DNA of 64,000 nt from the human T2T-CHM13v2.0 reference genome, Homo sapiens: assembly GCF_009914755.1 (NCBI RefSeq), contig NC_060932.1; one strand, 5' to 3'. How positions within the stretch are numbered: position 1 is the stretch's first letter; each line of letters opens with the position of its first letter. Of this stretch, positions 48,267-63,081 are shown in pieces. The notes under the pieces were generated by a model. It made no database searches and was not told the DNA's origin. It was given only the letters and a program-made list of their open reading frames with translations. The position numbers and the translations under genes are program-made.

Positions 48267-48763
48267 CAGGTTGAGCATTCCTAACCTCAAAATTCAAAAT
48301 GCTTCAAAATCCAAATTAAAAAAATATTTTTTTACAGACAGAGTCTCACTATATTTCCCAGGTTGGACTCAAACTCCTGAGATCAAGCAACCCTCCCACC
48401 TTGGCCTCCTGAGTAGCTGGGATTAAAGGTGCACACCACTATGCCTAGCTCCCCATAACTTTTTGAGTGCCGTCATGACACCACATGTGGAAAATCCCAG
48501 ACCTGATCTCAGATGATGAAATTGCAGTCAAAACACAGTGAGAACTTTGTTGCATGCATAAAATTATTTAAAATCTTGCATAAAACTACTTTTGGGGTAT
48601 GGGCATAAGGTGTATATGAAATATAAATGACTTTCCTGTTTAGATTTGGGTCCCATCCCCAAGATATCTCATTAAATATATACAAATATTCCAAAAGTTT
48701 TTAAAAAATGAAATCCAAAACACTTCTGTTTCCAAGCATTTCAGATAAGGAATACTCAATCTG
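48267..48763 (+). mobile_element. Tigger4/Zombi (MER46B-like) element with nested Alu monomer
   Basis: TIRs 'caggttgagcattcctaa' and 'gataaggaatactcaatctg'. Confidence 0.8.
48326..48453 (-). mobile_element. Alu left monomer (FLAM-like)
   Basis: ~130-bp antisense Alu monomer with T tail. Confidence 0.75.
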
Positions 48764-49041
48764 CATCTTCAAAACAAGTAGACTTTTAAATACATATATA
48801 TACTGATGATATTGAAATTATTATATTAATTATCTTCAATTTTGAATTCTCAATATTTTTTAAAATTTGTGTTTGCTAAGTACTTTTTCATGTGTAACAT
48901 TATATTTGTGAAATGGGCACAACAGACTTTTACATCCTTCTTTAAGGTGCAAATCAGTAAACAGGCTAAGAGATCCAGCATCTTGCTCAAGAGATTGTGA
49001 ATGATATGACAGCACTGTCACTGGTATTTGTTTTGGCTCCT

Positions 49042-49191
49042 AATAGGACACCTTAATTCCTATTGGCTCTCCTCAGACCCTCCACTTATAGTATTTAAAA
49101 ATATCATGCTATAATAAGCAAATAAATAGGACACCTTAATTCCTATTGGCTCTCCTCGGACCGTCCACTTCCATGTTATAATAAGCAAATA
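49042..49191. repeat. Imperfect tandem duplication (83 bp + 67 bp)
   Basis: 'aataggacaccttaattcctattggctctcctc.gacc.tccactt...ataataagcaaata' twice. Confidence 0.9.
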
Positions 49192-51927
49192 AAATATTCA
49201 ACTTTAAGAAGATCAAAGAGGCAGTATCTTGTTAAAGGAACTTTATCAATAGAATAATAGCTTTAAATAGAAGTATGTAAGTGCAAGAATGTCTGACTAG
49301 GTCTAGCCACTGGAAACTGACAAAGCTATCTATTTAGTCACGCATGCCTGCAGCAACTTTTCCCTTTGGAAAAGTTCGACAGGCTAAAAATCAAGACAAA
49401 TGCTTTTTAAGAAATCAAAGATAGGATAAGGAAAACCTAAAAGGGTCAAACTCTTCAAATATGGGGAGACTATAAAACTCAACCTGAGGTTACAATTGGC
49501 AGCTACTAGCTCTCCTTTCACTAGGGTTTAGAGAAATACTGGAGACATTTGTATTTTGTGGCTTTGTGTGTATATTGTGTTTGCTCATCATTGTTTCTGT
49601 CAAAAGTTATAGAGACAAAGATTGATTTTCATTCCAGAATATCTTAAATTGTGCCAAATGAGTTCAGCTGTGAATGGATACAATAAAGACAAGCAATAAT
49701 AAATAAACTATTATATTTCTGGGTAGTAGAAGTGGTTCCAGCTGTTGGTCTAATTCTATCTATGTAGAAAACTGCTTTCAGCAAACTCATTCTAAATTGC
49801 TTGACTAGCTTGAATGATTGAGATCTCATTTGAGAGCATACACAATGTGATTCATAACAATTAGGTCAGAGTATGACAAAGTAAATGTTAAGATAGACAA
49901 TTTCTTTAAAGAATTTACATTGAAGTGAAGAGAAAAAGAATGTTTATCAAAATTTAATTGAATATTAACAAAAACTAGAAATTCACAGGTACTAAATTTG
50001 ACTTGAAATATTTAGTCAAAGCAATTTATTTTTATTAAATGTTTGTGGAATATGTGTATAATAAATTGCTGATGTTTATTATTTTTATCTATTTACAGAA
50101 GAACCTCCACTCTTGGGGATCACAATATATCAACAACATTAATATAATCAATAATGTCTTTAATTTCATGAAATCAAGTTGATCCCTTCACACCAATCAG
50201 ACCAACCTTTATTAAACGTTTGAGTTTTACATCATGCCCTGGAAAAAAATAGATTAGAATTTTGTCAAATCTAGAGAATCACAAAATACAAGTGGGAATT
50301 TAGAAGATTTTAAAGCTTCAGGCGACATTAAAGATGATATAACCAATTCACTTTGTGTTACAGATAAGGATGCTGGCTGTCAGCATTCTTATCTATAAAA
50401 AACAAAATTGCATCACTCAATATAGGTAATTAAACAGCTGGTCCTTCAATGCTGCCCCCTTCAATAACTAGTTCCACCCACTTCTGTTACAACATGCTTC
50501 TTTCTGTGAATGTGCCTCCACAAAAGGCTAGTTTTACCTGTTGAAGATGACAGTCAGAATTTCTCAACGTTTGGTTTGTAGAACAGCATCAGAGTCAGCC
50601 AGGTGTTCATGGGTGTTTGTTAAAATGCATATCCCTGGGGCCAACTCCAGACCTCCTAAATCAGAACCTGGGAAGTTGTACTAAAAAAGCCACAAGATTA
50701 TTTTTCTGCATTCTTTTTGTCATTAATTGCATTAATTTAGTGTTTATTTATCCTGTCTTATTATAACGCACCCAGAGGGCTTATCAAAAATATGAAATTC
50801 CAAAACTGCACAGAAATACACAAGCACACATGTATGCCCACACAAACGAATGCAGGTTTTAAAATGGTGAAAACTGAACACAATTGTAGTCTAGTTAACA
50901 ATAATGTACCGATGTCAACTTTCTGGGTTTTTTTAACTTCCTGGTTTTAGTATTTTTCTGCAGCTATGTAAAACAAAACTATTAGAGGAAACCAGATAAA
51001 GAGTACACAACATCCTTTGTATAAATATCTAGGCACTCACTGGGAGTTTCTGATTTAGTAAATTAAGTTTAAATACAGAAAGTGTGTGTTTGTATATGTC
51101 TATGTATATGCTTGTATGTATATGTGTCTCTGTGTGCTTGTACCTTAGTTTGTGTTTCCATGTATGTGCAATTGATCCTTAAACAACATGGGTTTAAACT
51201 GCAGGTTCATATGTATATGGATTTTTTTCAATACATGTATTGGAAAATTCTATAAAGCACTTTTGACAATTTGAAGAAACTTATATATGAACCATATAGC
51301 CTAGAAACACCAAAAATATTAACATAAAGTTAAAAATGTCATGAAAGCATAACATATATGTAGATACAAGTCTATTTTATCATTAACTACCATAAAATGT
51401 ATACAAGTCTATTATTAAAAGTTAAGATTTATCAAAACTTCTGCATTCACCCACTAAAACTGTACATGGCAATATTTGCAGTCAAGAGAAATGTAAACAA
51501 ACTTAAAGGTTCAGTTTTAAATCATGATTGCATAAAATTAACTGTAGTACATACTGTACTATTATAATAATTCCACAGGAACCTCCTGATGCTGTTGCAG
51601 TGAGCTCAAGTGTTGTATCTGTGTAAAACACCTTATGACACGAATCATCTCCAGGTGAACAGTTCATCACTCCAGTTAAATTGTGTATCATGGTAAAAAG
51701 TGATTGCTTACTGTCCTTGCATATTTTGCATCATTTTTAGTGCAATATCATAAACCTTGATAATTCAGTGGGATCCATTCAAATTGCTATTAGTGATGCT
51801 GAAAATGCTCCCAAGAAGCAAATTAAAGTCGTGACATCATAGAAAAAGTTGAATTGCTTGATATGTACCATAAACTGAGGTCTGCAGCTGCAAAAATTCA
51901 TTGCAAAATGTGAAAAGGAGATTTATG

Positions 51928-52480
51928 TTTTTTTGTCCTTGTGATAGTTTGCTGAGAATGATGGTTTCCAGCTTCATCCATGTCCCTACAAAGGACATGA
52001 ACTCATCCTTTTTTATGGCTGCATAGTATTCCATGGGTATATGTGCCACATTTTCTTAATCCAGTCTATCATTGATGGACATTTGGGTTGGTTCCAAGTC
52101 TTTGCTATTGTGAATAGTGCTGCAATAAACATATGTGTGCATGTGTCTTTATAGCAGCATGATTTATAATCCATTGGGTATATACCCAGTAATGAGATGT
52201 CTGGGTCAAATGGAATTTCTAGTTCTACACTGCATGTTCTCACTCATAGATGGGAACTGAACAATGAGAACACTTGGACACAGGGTGGGGAACATCACAC
52301 ACTGGGGCCTGTCGTGGGGTGGGGGGATGGGGGAGGGATAGCATTAGGAGATATACCTAACATAATGACGAGTTAATGGGTGCAGAACACCAACATGGCA
52401 CATGTATACATATGTAACAAACCTGCACGTTGTGCACATGTACCCTAGAACTTAAAGTATAATAAAATAAGAAAAGAAAA
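51928..52480 (+). mobile_element. 5'-truncated L1PA (PA4-6-like) with 5' inversion (51928-52227 inverted)
   Basis: Antisense ORF2 end followed by sense 3'UTR; the two pieces are adjacent in L1 apart from a few lost bases. Confidence 0.93.
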
Positions 52481-52502
52481 TATTAGACCAAAATAGATTT
52501 GA

Positions 52503-52774
<272 letters not shown>

Positions 52775-52954
52775 TAAACTCTGACTTTTGAAAAGGTTTT
52801 CTAAAACTGTTTATTTTGACTTATTTTTAAACAATCAACAATAAGTATTTCACTGTGTACCTATTAGTATGTCTAACACAATGCTAAGTAAGGGGAATTA
52901 TGAGAAGCTTATCACGTGATCTTGTCTTTAAATAGTTTATAACCTAGCTACCTG

Positions 52955-53640
<686 letters not shown>

Positions 53641-56018
53641 GACAGTAAGTTCTTGGAGAACAAGGTGCCTCTCTGGCTCCTCTTTGCATCTCTGGTAGCA
53701 TCTGTTGCGGTGCTTAACCACAGCAGGGGCTCAATATGAACGCACTTGTGGGCTGGAAGGGAAGGGGCTGCAGCACCTCAGCTGCTCAGCAGCTGGAGAT
53801 GCAGGGCATGGTGAGGATGAAGGCGAGGAAGGGATCCAGGTCGGATTTGAGGGCAACTTTTTTCTGTTTTATTATTTCAGGATTTTCTTTCGCTACTCCT
53901 TAGACATCTGGCTTTGACAGCAAAGGACAGAAAGGTCTGCCTGAAGCTGGCAGCAGATTCTCCCAATACTCCCTTCGAGCCCTGTGTTTTAATATATACA
54001 TAATTAATTAATTAAAAGTCTTACCTATAAAAAAAGAAAAGGAGATTTATGAAGCCATCACATTGTAGTTACATCATCACACTTAAAAATTTGCACTTTT
54101 TGCAAAATACCTTTTTATCTCATCTTGAAAACACAGCTTCATGTGGGTGCAGGATTGCTATAAGAAAGGCATACCTATAGACTCTAAATGATTCAAGAAA
54201 AAGCAAAGTTATTACACAACAACTTGAAGCAAATGAAAGGTGAAGGATCTAAGTCTGGATAATTCAATGCCAGCAAAGGATGGTTTGATAATTTTAGAAA
54301 ACAGTTTAGCTTAAAAGATGTCAAGATAACAGGCAAAAATCAGCTACTGCCAAATAAAAGAAAGCAGATGGGTTCCCAGACACCACTAAGAAAATCAATG
54401 AGGGGAAATAATCTGCCTAAACAAGTTTTTACTACAGATGAAAGTGCCCTGTTTTAGAAAAAACAAATGCCACAAAGAACATTTATCAGTAAGGCAGAGA
54501 AATGATCAGCAGGATTTAAGGAAGGAAGGGATAGGCTAACTCTAGTGTTTTGTGCAAAGACAGGTTGATGATCAGGACGACCCACATCTGTTATATAAAG
54601 CTGCTAACCCATGAGCCTGGTAGAGAAAAGATAAACACCAGCTGCAAGTTTATGACTGTACAACAAAAACATCTGGACAACGAGAATGCTTGTTCTGATT
54701 GGTTCAATTATTTCTTTTTCCCTGAAATCAGGAAGTAACTTTCCATTAAGGAAAAACTTCCTAAAGTTTTGTTCATATTGAACAATGTCCTTAACCAACC
54801 AGAACCCCATGAGTTCAACACTGAAGATATAAAAGTTGTCTACTTGCCCCTAAACACTTCTCTAATACAGCCTCTAGATCAGGGGGTCCTACGATTCTTA
54901 AGGTTTATTGCACATGATACTCTATGGAGGGGATTGTCAATGCTATGGAAGAGAACCTCTACAGGGAGAACATCATGAAAGTCTGGGAGGGTTACACCAC
55001 TGAAGATGCCGTTGTTGTTAGAGGATTGCCATTGTTGTTTCATGGGTTGTTATAAACCCACAAAAGCCATCAAGCCCCAAAACAATAAATTTCTACTAGA
55101 GAAAACTTTCCAGATACTGTGACTTCACAGGATTTACAACAGAGCCGATAAAGGAAATCATGAAAGAGACTGTGGATATGGCAAAAAAAAAAAAAAAAAA
55201 AAAGGCAGGGGATGAAGGGTTTGAAGATACAGATCTCGGAGAAGTTCAAGAGCTAACAGCCATGACACCAGAGGCAGAAGAGGTGGAGGAATTAACAGAT
55301 GACTTGATAGAGAAGATAGAGAAGAGTGCTTCTGAATGAGTGCCAGACAATGAAGAAGAAGATGTAGAAGAAGCAGTGTCAAAAACAAAGTACATTAGAC
55401 AATTGGTAGAAGGATTCCCATCATTCAAAACTGCTTTTGACTTCCTTAATAACGTGAATCTCTCTATGACACAGGCACTAAAACTAAAGCAAATGTTAAT
55501 AGAATTTGCACCATACACAAACATTTTCAGAAAAATTAAAAAGCAAAAACATCAGAGAGACATGGCAATGTATTTCCATACAGTTACACAAAGTGGGCTT
55601 CCCTCTCCTGCTCCCCGCTTCCACTTCCGCCACCTCTTCTGCCTCTGCGAGCCATGAGACAGCAAAATTAATCCCTCCTCTTCCTCCTCCTCCTCAGCCT
55701 ACTCAATCTGAAGCCCATTAGGATAAAGACCTTTATGATGGTCCATTTTCACTTAATTAATAGTAAGTATATTTTCTGTTCCTTATGATTTTCTTAATAA
55801 CATTTTCTTTTCTCTAGCTAACTTTATTGTAAGAATACAGTAAATAATATATATGACATACAAAATGTATGTTAATTGACAGTTCATGTCATGGGTAAGG
55901 CTTCCAGTCAATAGTAGGCTATAAGTAATTAAGTTTTGGGGGAGTCAAAGGCATACACAGAATTTTGACTGTGCAGTGTAGTAAGTGCCCTTTACTTCTG
56001 TGTTGTTCAAAGGCTGGC

Positions 56019-56072
56019 TGTGTGTATGTGTGTGTGTGTGTGCGCGTGTGTATGTGTGTGTATGTGTATGTA
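56019..56072. repeat. Imperfect (TG)n microsatellite
   Basis: Direct observation. Confidence 0.9.
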
Positions 56073-57699
56073 TGATCGGGTGTTTTTACAGAAACCCCAC
56101 TGATTCTTTATACTGTATCATATCTCGGTTTCACCATCCAGCATCTATCAGATCTCTGTTAACCCTTATGAGTATCTTTTCATGTAAATTTCCCCAATTT
56201 TACACTGTGGGAGCTTTGTTTAAAATTCTGGCTGAAATTTAAGAAGTATTTGCAGATAAAAAGGATTTGCAACAAAGATTTGTACTCTATAACTAGGATA
56301 GACTTCAAAGTCATTACATGGGTGGATAAATATATGTAGAAAATGTTGGGAAAGTAGGCTATCATCTTGCTTAAGGAGGGTGAAAACCAACACGAAATCT
56401 TTTAAAGCAAAGAAATTTAAACGAAAATCACATATTCCATTCACCATTGGAATACTTTGACATAAAATAACATTTGTCCAGGTTCCACATAGGACAACAT
56501 GAAAATCATAATGTACCCCACACAATTTACTAAAATACAAAGATATAATAATAAACTAATACTAGTGCTTGATACTTTCTAGGTACATTTTTAAATTGGG
56601 TGATATTCCAGTGAGGTAATAGTAAGAATTTTTTTCACAAATGGCCAATTAAGATCTAGGATAAGCACAAATTCTTAAGATGAGCTCAACGCAAAATTAA
56701 TAGAAAGATTAAAGAAATTGGAACTTTAATGTGAGGATATCGACTCCTGTTGTATTTTTTCTTCATCCCACATTTAACCTACTTTTAATTGCAAATTCTG
56801 TTCTTTAAGTATAAAATATTTTGGATACACAGATTACTAGGCAGTGATATAAAAAACAACAAAACACAACCACTAAATCTAATCAGTCTCTGCTGCAGAA
56901 ATTCAAGGGCAATCGACTTCAGCATTTTAACATTCTACAACTTATTGTCTCAAACTGCTATTTAGCTAGTTTAGTAAGAGATATAATTCCCCAAGACCAT
57001 TGCTACTGCCAGAAGCAGCAATTCCAACAAAAGGGACAGTCCTGTGACCGCCCCCAGAGGAGCAGCTGCCACAGCTGCTCTACAGGAAGCACGAGCCGCA
57101 AACACATGCAATGAGTCCAGAAGCCCCAAATCAGCCCTGAAACCTGTCAGGTGCACCTATTAATAGAATTTTGTTATTTTTATTTGTCTTGAGTAAGAAT
57201 TTAGACATCTTTTTTATTGACCTATTTTTGAGTCCAGGACTTCCAGGGGTGTGAAATGCAGGTTGTACTTTCTGTGGGCAATCTCTGCACCCTTAACAAG
57301 GGGTAACCTATCAAAGCCTTTCCTTTTCCATAATTTATTATCTCATACAAAAGATCTATCACTAGTAGTGCTCCTTTGAACTAGCGTAACATATAATCTA
57401 TACCTCTCATGTGATGTTAAACCATAGATGATACTTTAAGACATATATGTATTATCTCTCCTACTACACTGTAAGCTCATTAAAATAAAATCTTTCATCT
57501 TTTTCTACCTCACAATGGCTAGAAGACGGGGAATGAATTAATGTTGGTACTATATGTGTACACATAAGCCAATGATGTGTACACATAAGCCATTTTGTGA
57601 TTAACTTCTGTATGCTATATGCTAATGTGTACTATAACCTTATTTTTTCTAAAGTATTTTTAGTAAGTGTTTTAGTTTTTCAACCCATACTGTTGTATA

Positions 57700-58243
57700 C
57701 AGTAGTCCTCCTTATCCTCAAGGAATACATCCTAAGGCCCTCTTTGGGATGCCTGAAACTGTGACTAGCACAAAATCCTATATATACTGTCATTTTCCTA
57801 AACATCCATAATATGAGAAACAGTTTATAAATAGGCCACAGTAAGAGATTGACAAAAGTAACTAATAATAAAATATAACAATTATAAGAATATGTCAGTG
57901 TCACTGCTCTTGTACTGTAGGATCATTATTAAATAAAATAAGGGTTACGTGAACACAAGTGCTATGATATCAGGACAGTCGATCTGGTAATACAGATGGC
58001 TACTAAGTGACTAATGGGAAAGTAGTGTGGACCACATGGATACACTGGAAAAAGGGAGGATTCAAGTTCCCAGTGGGACAAAGAAGGACGGTGGGAAATT
58101 TCATCACACCCTCAAACAGTGCATGATTTAACTTAAAAAATATTTATTTCTAGAATTTTCTATCTAACATTTTTGTACTATGGTTGACTACAAGTAACTA
58201 ACACCATGGAAAGGGAAACTGTGGAATAAGAGGGGAATTATTG
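57700..58243. mobile_element. MER44B-like (Tigger7-derived) element
   Basis: TIRs 'cagtagtcctccttatcc' and 'ggaataagaggggaattattg', TA-flanked. Confidence 0.85.
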
Positions 58244-59289
58244 TATTATATTTATACATGTATACATGTATATATACTTTATGTATGTGTATACATTTAT
58301 ATAATATGTATTTTTATATACAATATAAAATTTCTTCTATTACGGATTTATTCTTTTATGACCAGCTTCTAGTACTCTCTCTGGCACTAGGAGGTAATAA
58401 ATACATATTTTTAAATTAAATAATTTAATTGACAATAACAAAACCAAAAATCAAAATAAAATAAAAGTTCTTACTTATTCAGAATTCAATTAGGTTTGAA
58501 TTTCAGATATTTTCTAAAAGTGAAGGAAAGGAGTGACATCCTTTTTGTGATCAACTTCTATTTCTTTTTCTTCTACTTCTCAGATATTCATGCATTCAGG
58601 TGGTGACATTTAAAAATTCCAATATATGAATAATAAACCATTATTCTCTTATGTCTCATTCTAACCACTTCTCATTTTCAGACATTTAGACGCCTTTCTA
58701 GATTCAAAGTAAACACATTTTATCACTGATATAATTTTTCACATAAAACTATATTCAGAAGCAGCTACAGTGTGTGGCACTCACAGAAAGGGAATGAAAG
58801 GGGCAAATGAATACAGTACCTTCAACTGAAATATCCAAGTACTTACATTGGGACTGATCAGGGAAACAAATGGACCCATGGAAAACCGAGAAAAGCAGGG
58901 CAGGACAATGGCCCGCCCAGGAGTGACATGAACCCAAGGAAACCCCCACCCCCAGCCAAGAGAAGCGGTGAGTGAATGTGTGACTCTGGGAAACCACACT
59001 TCTCCCATGGATCTCAGATCAGGAGATCCCCTCATGAATGCATTTCTCCAGGCCCTTGAGTCTGACGCACAGCTATGTGGAGTCTCACCCCTGCCTGTAT
59101 TCTATGGACAGAGCTCTGATCTCTCCATGAGACAGAGTGCCTACGGGGAGGGTTGGGCCACCACCTTTGCTGTTTGGGCAACTCAATCTTTCCAAACTGT
59201 GGGCTTTGGACAGTCCAGGCTGAGGGGCAAAGACAGGTTCCCCAGCATAGCACAGCTGTTTTGTCAAAGAATGGCCAGTCTCCTTCTTT

Positions 59290-59684
59290 TTTTTTTTGAG
59301 ACGGAGTCGTGCTCTGTCACCCAGGCTGGAATGCAGTGACACTATGTGCATTCCAAGGCTTTTGAACACCTGTGAGCATAGAATAATGGCACTAAATGGT
59401 ACACAAGGAATAGACAAAGTGCCACCTTTCTCTTCCTTCCTGAAGGTCTACTACATGAAACCAGGCAAGCTCCGCCTCCTGGGTTAACACCATTCTCCTG
59501 CCTCAGCTTCCCAAGTAGCTGGGACTAGAGGTGTCTGCCACCATGCCTGGCTAATTTTTTTGTGTTTTAGTAGAGACGGGGTTTCACCACGTTAGCCAGG
59601 ATGGTCTTGATCTCCTGACCTCATGATTCTCCTGCCTTGGCCTTCCTGAGTGCTGGGATTACAGGTGTGAGCCAACGTGCCTGG
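59290..59684 (-). mobile_element. AluY-like element containing a ~119-bp non-Alu insert
   Basis: AluY diagnostics 'gcaagctccgcc', 'caccattctcc', 'gttagccaggatgg'; TSD TGGCCAG(T/A)CTCCTTCTTT at 59272 and 59685. Confidence 0.92.
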
Positions 59685-62595
59685 TGGCCAGACTCCTTCT
59701 TTAAATGGGACCCAAATTCATTGATCCTTGCTGTGGGGGGGTCCTCCGAGCTGGGGCCTCTGGTCACCCTTACTTGTGTTCTATGGCTGACAGAGGTCTA
59801 ATTTCTCCCTGGAAAGGAGTGCCAGGGGCACAGGACAGGCTGCCACCTTTGCTGTTGGGGCATCTCAGCTGGTCCAGCCTTTACCTCAGAGAGCCCAAAC
59901 CAATTAGGTGCTGAAGGGATTCCTAACACAGCACAACTGCTCTACCAAAATGCAGCCAGATTGCTTCTTTAAGCAGGGGGATTTCATTCCTTCTGACTGG
60001 GTGAGACCTTCCAATCTGGGTCTCCTGCCACCACAAACAGGTGCATTTGGGCCAGCAACAGGTCGGTAGCCCCCTGAGACAGAGCTCCAAGTCAGGGGCA
60101 AGCTGCCAACTTTGCCGTTTTGTAGCCTTCACTGGTGATACCTCCAGGTACTGGAGAAACCAAGATGACTAGGATCTGAAGAAGATCCCCAGGAAACTTC
60201 AACAGCTCTGTAGAAGAGTGGCCAGACTGTTAAAAGAAAAACAAACAAACAAAACAACAAAGAAAACAAATAACAAAAACCCCATCCAAAGGTCAGTAAT
60301 CTCAAAGATCAAAGGTAGATAAGCCCACAAAAATGAGAAAGAATAAGCACAAAAATGCTGAAAACTTAAAAAGCCAGAGTGACCCTTTCCTCCAAATGAC
60401 CACAACACCTCTCCAGCAAGGGTTCAGATCTGGGTTGAGGCTGAGATGGCTGAAATGACAGAAGTAGGCTTCAGAATATGGATAAAAATGAATTTCACTT
60501 AGCTAAAGGAACATGTTGTAACCCAACGCAAGGAAGCTAAGAATTATGATAAATCAATGCAGGAGCTGATAGACAAAATAGCCATTATAGAGATGAGCAT
60601 AACCAACCTAACAGAGCTGAAAAACACACTACAAGAACTTCACAAAGCAATCCAAGTATTAAAGGGCAGAATAGACCAAGCACGGGGTAGAATCTCAGAG
60701 CTTGAACACTGTCTTGCTAAAATAAAACAGGCAGAGAAGAATAGAGAAAAAAGAATAAAAAGGAATGAACAAAACCTTTGAAAAATATGGGATTATGTAA
60801 AGAGACCCAATCTATGACTGATTGGCGTACCTGAAAGAGGTGTGGAGAATAGAACCAATCTGGAAAACCTATTTCAACATATCATCCAGGAGAACTTCCC
60901 CATGCTAGCCAGATAGGCCAACATTCAAATTCAGGAAATGCAGAGAACCCTAGTAAGATACTCCACGAGAAGATCATCCCCAAGATACATAATCATCAGA
61001 TCCCCACGAGGTCTAAATGAAAGAAAAAAATGTTAACAGCAGCCAGAGAAAAATGCAAGGTCATCTACAAAGGAAAGTCCACAAGACTTACAGCATGTTA
61101 GGATGTTTTTTAACATTGTTTTAAGAAAGAAATTCCAGGCCAGAATTTTATATCCAGTGAATCTAAGCTTTATAAGAGAAGGAGAAATAAGATCTGCTTC
61201 AGACAAGTGAATTTTGAGGAAATTTGCTACCACCAGACCTGCCTTATAAGAGCTCCTGCAGGAAGCACTAGATATGGAACAAGAAAACCATTAACAGCAA
61301 CTACTAAAACACACTGACATACACAGACCAGTGATACTATGAATCAACCACGTTAACAAGTCTGCAAAATAAGCAGCTAGCATCATCATGACGGGATCAA
61401 ATCCACACGTAATGACACTAACCTTAAACTAAATGGGCTACATGTCTCAATTAAAAGACACAGAGTGGGAAGCTGCATAAGAGACCAAGATCCACTGTTA
61501 TGCTGTCTTTAAGAGACCTATGTCACATACAAAGACACACAGACACAAAAATAAGGTGAAAGAGGAAAATTTACCAAGCAAATGGGAAATGGAAAAGAAC
61601 AGGGATTGCAATCCTAATTTTTGATAAAACAGACTTTAAACCAACAAATATAAAAAAGGCAAAGAAGGGCATTACATAATGGTAAAAGGTTCAATTCAAA
61701 AAGAAGAGCTAACTATCCTAAATATATACACCCAACACAGGAGCATCCAGATTTATAAAGCAAGTTAGTAGGGATTTAGACTCCCACATAAAAATAGAGG
61801 AAGACTTTAACACCTCACTGACAATATTAGACAGATCATACAGATAGAAAATTAACAATGATATTCAAGAACTGAACATAGCTCTGGATTAAGTGATCCT
61901 AAGAGATACCTACAGAATTCTCCACCTAAAAGCAACAGAATATACATTCTTCTCATCACCACAGCACACTTACTCTGAAAATGATCACATAGTTGGAAGT
62001 AAAACACTCATCAGCAAATGCAAAAGAACTGAATTTATAACAAACAGTCTCTTGGACCACAGCACAATCAAATTAGAATTCAAGATTAAGAAACTCACTC
62101 AAAACCAAACAACTACATGGACATAATTCTGAATGATATTTGGGTAAACATTAAAATTCAGGCAGAAATTAAGTTATTTGAAACAAATAAGAACAAAGAT
62201 ACAACTTACCAGAATCTCTGGGGTGCAGCTAAAGCAGTGTTTACAGGAAAATTTGTAGTAATAAATATCCACATTAAAAAAAATGCTATAAAGATCTCAT
62301 GTTAGCAACCTAACATCACAACTAAAAGAAATGGAGAACCAAGAGAAAACAAACTACAAAGCTAGCCGAAGACAAAAAAATAACCCAAATCAGAGCTGAA
62401 CTGAAAGAGACAGAGACACCAAAAACCATTCAAAAAATCAATAAATCCAGGAGCTGGTTTTATGAAAAAATTAATAAAATAGAGAGATCACTAGCTAGAC
62501 TAATAAAAAAGAAAAGAGATAAAATTCAAATAAACACAATCAGAAATGATATGGGGATATTATGGCTGACCCCACAGAAATGCAAACAACCATCA

Positions 62596-63081
<486 letters not shown>

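Noticed and set aside
58476-58514. 39-bp AG/GT-bounded segment on the minus strand
   Set aside because: Stop codons in all three frames and no other support.
59090-60130. Internal repeated blocks in the L1 5'UTR
   Set aside because: Repeated units are an expected feature of older primate L1 5'UTRs.
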